DNA of 63,869 nt, counting the filler, from Acidimicrobiia bacterium (GTDB lineage: Bacteria; Actinomycetota; Acidimicrobiia; Spongiisociales; CAZKJJ01): NCBI GenBank assembly GCA_046759765.1. It is 5 parts of 5 records of this genome, joined end to end, with 100 filler letters (N's around TTAATTAATTAA, not from the genome) between each part and the next. Parts side by side here need not be neighbours in the genome. Positions count along the whole stretch, not along the records: positions 51,788 to 63,869 come from JBHICV010000064.1; 4 more parts are not named here. One strand, 5' to 3'. A program made the translations under genes and the position numbers. Position 1 is the stretch's first letter. The number at the start of each line of letters is the position of its first letter. Below the pieces are notes generated by a model, which was not told where the DNA came from, did not search any database, and saw nothing but the letters and a program-made list of their open reading frames with translations. Shown one piece after another: positions 53,308 to 61,072 of this stretch.

Positions 53308-53739
53308 TCAGCCGGTCTGCACCTCGACCTTGATGAGTGGCGCACCCGACACCCAACGGTCGATGATGTGATCAACCTTGCTGATCGGGTTGTTCCAGCG
53401 CTCGATCATGATCCTCCGCAGTACCTTCTCGCGCTTCTGAGAATCGGTGATCTCCTCCGCCGTCGCCGGCAGATCGGCATTTACGCCTCGCTTCAGATGG
53501 AAAACGAAGTTGGGGTTAACCCGCAGGTTGGCGAGCCAGTCCCGCGTTCTTCCCGGCCGTCCAGTGATATACAGCTCACCGTCGAGGTTGTGAAACCCGA
53601 GCTCGACTCGGTGAGGCTTGCCGGTGCTTCTCCCGGTGGTGGTTATGTCGATAAGGCCGCCTGTCGCCAGGGCGGCGCTGATCCGATCCGTGGAGGTGTC
53701 TTGCATTGCGACGACAACAACCGCGGAGGAGGTCGACAT
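53308..53739 (-). CDS. Deazaflavin (F420)-dependent nitroreductase-family protein
   Basis: ITTTGRSTGKPH, DWLANLRVNP. Confidence 0.8.
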   Translation of the reverse strand: MSTSSAVVVVAMQDTSTDRISAALATGGLIDITTTGRSTGKPHRVELGFHNLDGELYITGRPGRTRDWLANLRVNPNFVFHLKRGVNADLPATAEEITDSQKREKVLRRIMIERWNNPISKVDHIIDRWVSGAPLIKVEVQTG

Positions 53740-53812
53740 ATTTCCGTCCCGCCTCGAGCAACGGTGGCCGCGGCTCCGGTTTGCGTAGAGGCCGCTTTGT
53801 ACAATCTCGGCA

Positions 53813-55051
53813 ATGAGCCGCGAAACCCCAGATGTCGTCATCGTCGGGGCCGGGATCATGGGCCTACAGATCGCCCATCAGATCACGCGCCGCTCCGACG
53901 ACCATCGAATCGTGATATTCGAGAAGGCGCCCAACGTCGGCGAAGGATCTACAGGCGCCTCCTGTGCCATCCTGCGGCAGCGCTACTCCTACGCCGACGC
54001 AATCAAGGTGGCGCGGGACGGCCACACTGCTTACAAGAATTGGGCTGACTACACCGGGATCACAGAGCCTCGGGCAGAGTTCCATCACACCGGCGTGTTG
54101 TGGATGATGGGGGAGGAACGACCGCAGGTCGAAGAGACTCACGCCCTGATGACGAGTCTCGGCATTGACACGTCGGTCCTCTCCTCCGACGAAGTCCACG
54201 AGCGATTTCCTACCCTCAGCACCTGCATCGAAACGGTGGACCTCACCTTCACTGAGGACCACACGTGCCGGGACGGAGACGTGTTTCTGTATGAGGAGGA
54301 GGGGGCCTATTTCGATCCCGTCTCGGCTTGCCAGGACTTGCTCGAGTCCGTCCGGGCAAGAGGAGTTGATGTCCGGTTTCAGAAACCAGTCACCCGGGTC
54401 CGCGCCGAGAGCGGCCGGGTCACCGGTGTCGAGCTCGCAGACGGCTCACTCGTTGATGCCGCCATGGTCGTGAACGCCGCCGGTCCCTGGGGGAGTCGCC
54501 TGGCCGAGTCGGCCGGTCTGGACCTGGGTTGGAAGCTGCGGCCCATCCGAGCCCAAGTCATTTATCGGGAGAGCCCGCCAGAGCTGATGCCCATACCGAC
54601 CGTGGCCGACAACTCCTCCGGCATCTACTTCCGACCTGAAAACCTCGGTCAGCAGATCATCATCGGGTCCATCCGAGAGGAAGACGAACAGGAAGAGGTC
54701 GATCCCGACCACTTCAACCAGGACATCGACAGGGCGTTCCGAGACACCAAGATCTACGGGCTACACCATCGGATTCCGGACTTCCCCTACACGGGATCCA
54801 TCGGGGGGATTTCTGGGCTCTACACGGTCAGTGACGATGTCTATCCGGTCATCGGCCCCACGGATATCGAGGGGTTCGTCATGGCCAACGGGTTCTCGGG
54901 CCACGGGTTCAAGGAGGGCCCCTCAGTGGGATCGATGATTGCCCAATGGCTGACGGGCACCAAGATCGACTACGACACCGACGCCGACCCCTCGTTCTTC
55001 TCTATCAATCGCGAACCGCACGGGCTGGAAGAGAAGTCGGTCCTGGCCTAG
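53813..55051 (+). CDS. FAD-dependent oxidoreductase (DAO/sarcosine oxidase beta-like)
   Basis: VIVGAGIMG, GSTGAS, VNAAGPW, NGFSGHGFK. Confidence 0.9.
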   Translation: MSRETPDVVIVGAGIMGLQIAHQITRRSDDHRIVIFEKAPNVGEGSTGASCAILRQRYSYADAIKVARDGHTAYKNWADYTGITEPRAEFHHTGVLWMMGEERPQVEETHALMTSLGIDTSVLSSDEVHERFPTLSTCIETVDLTFTEDHTCRDGDVFLYEEEGAYFDPVSACQDLLESVRARGVDVRFQKPVTRVRAESGRVTGVELADGSLVDAAMVVNAAGPWGSRLAESAGLDLGWKLRPIRAQVIYRESPPELMPIPTVADNSSGIYFRPENLGQQIIIGSIREEDEQEEVDPDHFNQDIDRAFRDTKIYGLHHRIPDFPYTGSIGGISGLYTVSDDVYPVIGPTDIEGFVMANGFSGHGFKEGPSVGSMIAQWLTGTKIDYDTDADPSFFSINREPHGLEEKSVLA

Positions 55052-55060
55052 ACCCCCCGC

Positions 55061-55109
55061 GTTCCTGTCAATCGCAGCCGCAGATAGTGCGGTTCAGATT
55101 GACAGAAAC
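55061..55109. repeat. Structured intergenic palindromic repeat, copy 3
   Basis: GTTCCTGTCAAT-CGC-AGCCGCA-GATAG-TGCGGTT-CAG-ATTGACAGAAAC. Confidence 0.75.
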
Positions 55110-55117
55110 CGAGCCCT

Positions 55118-55693
55118 CTAGAGCTCCTCGGGCTCTTCCTTGATCCAGTCCCCGGCCTGCTCGATCAGGAACATGCTGACCGAGTGACCTCGGTCGAGGA
55201 CCTCGCACAGCTCGGTCTTGCCGAGGTACACATCGCCGATGTTGAGGTCCACGCGGCCCACGAGAGAGAGACTGCGGTCGGAGGCGTCTGACACGGCCCC
55301 GAACGAGTCGATCATCGACACCTCGAGCGGCAGCGCCGGCCCGGCGATTCCCGCCAGGTCGGTGGCCAATATGAGCAGGTCAGGAGGCGAGGAAAGGGGT
55401 GGAAGACTCCAGTTGAAGTAAAGGGGGAGCGGGTATGGGTCCTCGTCTTCTGCGACATCGTCGCCAACCTCGCCGACCCGGTCCTCGAACCGCAGCAGAA
55501 CTCGGGGATCGACATCAAGGGCAAGATGCAGATCGAGAGGTCCGTCGCACGCTTCACCCGGATGCAAATCGACTTCCCACGACTGCCGGAGAGAGTACGA
55601 CTCGACGAAGTGTCGCTCGTCGTGGACGTGGAAACCGTGCTCCACAGTGTGCGACTTGAGATCGGTTACGAAGCCTGCAATGTCGACGGCCAA
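55118..55693 (-). CDS. Hypothetical protein
   Basis: Acidic 191-aa ORF; AVDIAGFVTDLKSH..EHGFHVHDERHF. Confidence 0.65.
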   Translation of the reverse strand: MAVDIAGFVTDLKSHTVEHGFHVHDERHFVESYSLRQSWEVDLHPGEACDGPLDLHLALDVDPRVLLRFEDRVGEVGDDVAEDEDPYPLPLYFNWSLPPLSSPPDLLILATDLAGIAGPALPLEVSMIDSFGAVSDASDRSLSLVGRVDLNIGDVYLGKTELCEVLDRGHSVSMFLIEQAGDWIKEEPEEL

Positions 55694-55750
55694 AGGAACC
55701 CCCTGACTGAGGACCACAGGGTGCCACACCCGGACGGCTAACACCAAGGG

Positions 55751-56554
55751 CTAAAACTCGGTGAGGGTGCAGCCCTCCTCTCCAGGCAGCAGCTGACGAG
55801 CCAGCACCCGGTAAGTCGTCCCATTGACGGCGAAGTACGTGAGCTCGTGTGATTCCATGAAGACGGCGAGCAGGCTCAGTCCTTGGGGCCCGTCAAACGA
55901 CATGCATCCAAACCCCTGGTGAATCTCGTCGAACTCATCGGGCGTCGTGTTTACGGGCCAGGCTTTCACAACATCGAATTCGGGCTGCTGCGGTCTCCCC
56001 TCGGTAGCTATCACTTGGACTCTGTCGGTCTGGTACGCGATAGAGCCGGAAACGGCCAGTTGGCTGAGCAAATCGATGAGAGCTGCAAGCTCTTGAACCT
56101 GCGGGTCTTCGAACTCGCCAATCCCGAGGGCGTAGACGGCAAAGACATGCTCTCCGTTCTCGTCTGCGAAAGTCACGACGGTGGTCGTCGCATCTGCCAC
56201 GAACGAGGCAGCAGAGTCGTCGAGTTTCCGGTCGATCTCCGGGAGTCCAGTGGCCACGACGGCTGCGAGGACTTGGTTCAATTCCTCGTCGGTAAGGGGA
56301 GTGGTCTGATAATTCGGTAGCAGCGGCCCGGGAAAGATCTCGATCTGCGGTCCGAGTGAGATCAGCTGTCTGTCACCCGCCAACACAAAGCTCGGTCCCT
56401 GAGCGAGTATGGACTCGACCGGAGCGAATCCACCTACGTGCTCGACTCGGAGGATCGCCTGGTCACCGTCGGACGCGACGTTGGGTAGGTCTTCTCCACA
56501 AGCGCCGACGAGGACGGCCAGTACGACCGCGACTGGCAGGACCTTCGAGAACAC
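55751..56554 (-). CDS. Hypothetical lipoprotein
   Basis: Lipobox VGAC; GGFAP, VADATTT, RQLLPGE. Confidence 0.7.
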   Translation of the reverse strand: MFSKVLPVAVVLAVLVGACGEDLPNVASDGDQAILRVEHVGGFAPVESILAQGPSFVLAGDRQLISLGPQIEIFPGPLLPNYQTTPLTDEELNQVLAAVVATGLPEIDRKLDDSAASFVADATTTVVTFADENGEHVFAVYALGIGEFEDPQVQELAALIDLLSQLAVSGSIAYQTDRVQVIATEGRPQQPEFDVVKAWPVNTTPDEFDEIHQGFGCMSFDGPQGLSLLAVFMESHELTYFAVNGTTYRVLARQLLPGEEGCTLTEF

Positions 56555-56569
56555 GCGCTTAGACGCTAC

Positions 56570-57100
56570 TTAGTGGGAGCCTGGTTCCCCGGGATCGAAG
56601 TTCTGCTCGCCCGCCTCGATCGGCACCTGTAGCCAGTTCTCCGGAGGCGGTAAGGGGCAGGAATACGCCTCGTCGTAGACGCACGACGGGTTGTAGGCAT
56701 AGTTGAAGTCGATTGTCACAGTCCCGTCCGGGTTAGGTTCGAGGTCCAGGTACCGACCTGCTCCATAGGTCTCTTTCCCTGAGGTCGAGTCCCGGAAGGG
56801 GAGGAACCAGCCGGGATGGCCAGTGTCGAAGAGTGTCAGCGTGGCTTGCTCTCCGTTTACTTCGAAGCTGACCTTGCCCACTCTTCGGTAAGTTCGGGTC
56901 GCGCCATCCGTCGTTCCAATGCTCAGCTCCGAGCCGTCGGCCTCCTCAACGTTCAGCTTGAACACCAGGTCGGGGTTGGGGGCGTAATAGTTGAGGCCAG
57001 CAAACGTGTGGCGCGCTTCGTGCGGGATCGGCGAGTGGTGGCTCTCCCGAAAGAACTCATCTTTGTGCTTGCGGAACTCGGTGAGCTGATCCATCGCCAT
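56570..57100 (-). CDS. DUF1684 family protein
   Basis: FRDSTSGKETYGAGRYL, DFNYAYNPSC...SCPLPP.EN. Confidence 0.9.
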   Translation of the reverse strand: MAMDQLTEFRKHKDEFFRESHHSPIPHEARHTFAGLNYYAPNPDLVFKLNVEEADGSELSIGTTDGATRTYRRVGKVSFEVNGEQATLTLFDTGHPGWFLPFRDSTSGKETYGAGRYLDLEPNPDGTVTIDFNYAYNPSCVYDEAYSCPLPPPENWLQVPIEAGEQNFDPGEPGSH

Positions 57101-57199
57101 GGATGAACACACCGCAGCTTCGTCAGATTCCCTCACGGCCAGGGTGGCCCTTTACGAGCCGGGCTCTTTGCCGCACAATCGGAGCGAGAGGAAGGAGTC

Positions 57200-57442
57200 A
57201 TGGAGAAGGACATCACGATCGACATTCATCTCACGGAGGACGACACCGAGACCACGGTCACGGCTCTGCTCGACATTCGTGGCGATCACTTCGAGGCTCG
57301 CGGGACGGCTCGTCGTAACCCAATCGACCCGCCCATGCCGGAGATCGGGGAGGAGCTGGCGATTGCCAGAGCTCTGGGTGTATTGCAGGCAGAAGTGATG
57401 GAGGCCGCTCAGGGAAAGATCGCCGAGTACCTGACGGGCTGA
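57200..57442 (+). CDS. DUF1876 (dsRBD-like fold) protein
   Basis: GTARRNPIDP..PEIGEELAIARAL; SD AAGGAG. Confidence 0.88.
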   Translation: MEKDITIDIHLTEDDTETTVTALLDIRGDHFEARGTARRNPIDPPMPEIGEELAIARALGVLQAEVMEAAQGKIAEYLTG

Positions 57443-57552
57443 CGCCACAGCGACGACCGGCAGGAACCGGGCTCCCTCCCTAGGAGTGTTCGATGATCGT
57501 GTCACAAGTCACGTGGCTGCAGGCTTTATTTAGTGAGGCACGCGGGGAGTAG

Positions 57553-58023
57553 ATGCAACCCGAAACCTCGCTGCAAGAGTCGTTCGAAGGCTTGGTCGCT
57601 GATGCCGAGTCGGGACTAAGGCAGGCATTGATGGCGCTCTTCGGACCCGACGACGGTCGAGAGGCAACAGCCCACGCGCTGCTGTATGGATGGGAGCACT
57701 GGGATCGGCTGCGGACCATGGACCACCCGGCCGGCTACCTATATCGGGTAGGTCAGACCTGGGGTCAGCGGCACCGGCGCCCGGTTCGCCAGTTGCCATC
57801 GGTGCCGACGGCGCACGAGGCTTGGGTGGAGCCGGGTTTGCCGATCGCACTCATGGGCTTACCACCCAAGCAGCGAGTGGCGGTGGTGCTCCGCCATGGG
57901 TCCGACTGGAGCTACGAGAGGATCGCCGAGTTCATGGGAACGTCAGTCGTGGCGGCGCGAAAGAACGTAGAGCGCGCATTGCAGGCGCTGAGGTCGGCAC
58001 TGGAGGTCGACAGTGAAGTCTGA
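57553..58023 (+). CDS. ECF RNA polymerase sigma factor
   Basis: W..L.....PAGYLYR (region 2); LPPKQRVAVVLRH...SYERIAEFMG (region 4); TGTCACA upstream. Confidence 0.85.
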   Translation: MQPETSLQESFEGLVADAESGLRQALMALFGPDDGREATAHALLYGWEHWDRLRTMDHPAGYLYRVGQTWGQRHRRPVRQLPSVPTAHEAWVEPGLPIALMGLPPKQRVAVVLRHGSDWSYERIAEFMGTSVVAARKNVERALQALRSALEVDSEV

Positions 58024-59780
58024 TATCGGCACGCAGGTCTCCCACTACGGTCGATATCTGGACGAGGTCGCACCTCCCGTGACGGTGCACGAGCTGCAGG
58101 ACCTAGCAGAGCCAGCAGCTTTCGAGTCTCGGCGCCCACCACGACGGCGAGGCTGGAAAATAGCGCTCGTCGCCGGCGCCGCGGTACTTCTAGCCGGGCT
58201 GGTCACGGTCCTGGCCTTTCAGCTGGCTGATGAGCAACCGCCGGTTGTTACCGAACCCCCACCGACCACCACCATAGAGCCAGGACCCGACGTTTCCGCG
58301 CTGATTGCTTCGGTTGAGGGAAGCTTGGTAGAGGTGCAGGCGGTCCAAGAGATCGCGGGTGATGAGGCCGGCTCCGTAACGGTGGGCTTCGTAGTCGATG
58401 ACGCAGGACACGTTTTGGTACCCACCTCGTCCTGGGACCCGTCCTCCGCACGCCTAAGGGTCGTAACGCGTGACGGCCTTAGTCGACCAGCGGTGATCCT
58501 CGCGCGTGATCAGGACGCCGGAGTTGCCCTATCGAGACAGAGCCCGCCGACTTGGAGCCCCTTAGCGTGAGCTCTTCCGCCCAGCTGGAGATCGGGGAGT
58601 CGGTCGTAGCCATCGGATATGACCTGACCGAGCAGGCCCCGACGTCGATCGGCGGCCCTCTCGTCGCCCTGGAAGCAGAGGTGATTGCCGTTGGTCGGAC
58701 CCTGCAGACTGGCGAGGCGGAGCCCGGAAGGCTGCTCGAGATCGACGCGGTCATCATCGGGGTCATCGTGGACTCGGCCGGAAAGGCGCTGGGAATCACC
58801 GTTGGGTGGTCTAGCGACACCAGCGTCGTTCTGTCGATGGACCGAGCGGCTCGGCTGCTGGACTTTGCCCAGGCTTCATCCGACGGTCTGGTCGAGATGC
58901 GACCGTATGAGTGTCGGTCCTTTGCCAATTGCCCAACGGACCTGCTCGAGATCGACAGAGTCATCTATGGCCCGCGCTGCTCGGGCGTAAAGCCCGAGCT
59001 GGTGGAGCAGCCGTACGCAGTTGGAGCACCCGGGCTCGGCTACAAGGAGGCCTGGACCATCCAGGGAGCCAGCCCTGCGGTGGTCGTTGCCCTAAGAGCA
59101 CCCTTTGGCAGCGGTTGCTCCTGGGGGGTCTCCGCATCGGGCTGGCAGGCAGCCTTCGCCTTTAGTCAATCTGATCCCCAGTTGGCCCTGGAGCGGGCAT
59201 GGGCGGAGTGCGAGGCGCTCGAGAACCCGGATCCAGATCAGGACTGCTCGCTGGGCCGCGCGGTGCGCTGTGACATGCCGGACGGAGCTACGGAGTGGGC
59301 GGGCCTGACGACGACACTATTGGGTTCACCTACTTTCCGGAGGAGGTAATTGAGATCAACGACCAGGTAGGCACCGGAGCCGGGCCGCCCTGGCGGGCAG
59401 ACCCATTGGCCACTGCGATCGAGTACTGGTCGGATAGGTCGTCAGAGTGCGTGGAGGATTTCGGCTCCGAGCATCGCTGCCGACTTGGATTGAAGCTGGT
59501 CTCAAGCGACGACGGGGTAGCAATAATCGAAGGGCTACTTCAGTTCTCCTGGTTCCACGATGAGGACTTCCCGGGGGAAATACGGGGCGAGCACTACGAG
59601 AGTCGTGCGCCTCGAACGGTAGTGGTACAGCTCATTCCGGGCGGTCCGAGCTGGTGGGTGGTGGAAGAGTGGTGGCTCCAGGAGGAAGAGACCGATGATG
59701 GGGTGGATGAGGCCGGTCGCCGCCAATCGGACCGCATCTGGCAGCAGTACCCGACCGTCGTCTTCGACAACGGCGTCTGA
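58013..59780 (+). pseudogene. Putative anti-sigma membrane protein with degenerate trypsin-like domain, split by two frameshifts (~58530, ~59270)
   Basis: Three overlapping ORFs in successive frames; homology-like continuity DQDAGVAL/IETEPADLEPL...IGESVVAIG. Confidence 0.55.
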
Positions 59781-59822
59781 GCAAGGCATCCAACTAGCCG
59801 CCGTGCTACAACCTCTCCTGCC

Positions 59823-60638
59823 ATGACCTCCGAGCAAGAAGAGTGGAACGAGCATTACCGCATCAGCGACCATCCCATCGTCCTGGAGATCGAACGTCGC
59901 GTTCACGGGACCGACTACGGGATCAACAGCTTCACCACTCGTGACCAGGCGGAGGAACTGGTCGAGAAACTTGGCTTGACACCGGAGAAACGGCTGCTCG
60001 ATCTTGGTTCCGGCTCCGGCTGGCCGGGCCTTTACCTCGCCAAACAGTCCGGGTGCGCGGTGGTTCTGTGCGACCTCCCGGTGACCGGGATGGATCGAGC
60101 TCGACGCCGGGCGCTAAGAGATGGCATAGCCGACCAGTGCCAGTTCGTAGTGGGCTCCGGCGACAAGCTTCCGTTCCGCTCGGGCACTTTCGACGCCGTC
60201 ACGCATGCCGACGTGCTCTGTTGACTGTCAGAAAAGCTCTCCGTGCTGAGAGCCTGCCGGCGGGTCCTCCGAGAAGGTGGACGGCTCGGATTCCAGGTCA
60301 TCCACGTCGCCGCCGGCCTCAGCGCGCGTGACTACCAGCTTGCGGTCGTCTCTGGCCCGGACCACGTAGGAGCGGAGGCCGGGTATCCCGAACTGCTCGA
60401 TTCAGCGGGCTTCGAAGTGGAAGAAGTAGCCGATGTGACCGATGAGTACCGACGGATCCTCGCCGCGCGGATGGAGCACAGCGAGCCTTTCTTAAACGAG
60501 CTCCGCTCCATCTACGGCACTGATGTCTTCAACGAGAGGTGGGCCGCGCGAGCCAAGGCCATCGAAGCAACACAGGCGGGCTTGCTGAAGCGTGCCTCGG
60601 TGTTTGCGACGCGGCCTGAAGATGAGGGCGCGATTTAG
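59823..60638 (+). CDS. Class I SAM-dependent methyltransferase, probable selenoprotein (UGA at 60222-60224 = Sec134)
   Basis: LLDLGSGSG motif I, FDAVTHADVLC-UGA-LSEKLSVLRACRRVLREGGRL in one frame; SECIS-like hairpin at 60225-60260. Confidence 0.8.
60225..60260 (+). promoter_or_regulatory. Bacterial SECIS-like element
   Basis: Upper stem GCTCTC/GAGAGC (60236-60253) with loop CGTGCT, 11 nt after UGA; lower stem CTG.CAG/CTG.CGG. Confidence 0.65.
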
Positions 60639-60649
60639 GAGTCGGCCGA

Positions 60650-61072
60650 CTAGCCGGCGGCCAGATTCGTGAGCAACTCAGCCGAGTTGTCTATGGCCAG
60701 GATGTTGCCGAACGGGTCGATAAACCATGCTGTCTTGACTTGGCCCTGCGTTGCTACGCCGTTCACTGTTTTGAGACCTATCTCTGGGATGTCGTACTCC
60801 TCGAACTTGACCCCCTTCCGCCGGAGTTGCTTGACCGTGCCCTCAACATCCTCGACGCCGAACGCGCAAACGGTGCCCGTCGAGCCTGCGGGCGTGGGCC
60901 GTTCGTAGACATATAGGTAGGTGCTGTGTCCGCATTTGTAGGCCATGCCCGGCTCCTCGTCGGCGAGCTGACCCAGCTCCTCAAATCCCAGCGTTTCGCC
61001 ATAGAACTCCCTGGCGCGTTTCAGATCGGTGACCACGAGCGTTGCGGTCGCCAACGCGTCCCGCAGGCTCAT
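60650..61072 (-). CDS. VOC/glyoxalase family protein
   Basis: VTDLKRAREFYGETLG, LRRKGVKFEEYD, AWFIDPFGNIL. Confidence 0.9.
   Translation of the reverse strand: MSLRDALATATLVVTDLKRAREFYGETLGFEELGQLADEEPGMAYKCGHSTYLYVYERPTPAGSTGTVCAFGVEDVEGTVKQLRRKGVKFEEYDIPEIGLKTVNGVATQGQVKTAWFIDPFGNILAIDNSAELLTNLAAG

Noticed and set aside
59271..59273. TGA upstream of and in frame with ORF 59295-59780 as a second possible Sec codon
   Set aside because: The upstream coding region is in a different frame and no SECIS-like hairpin is evident; better explained as a frameshift point.
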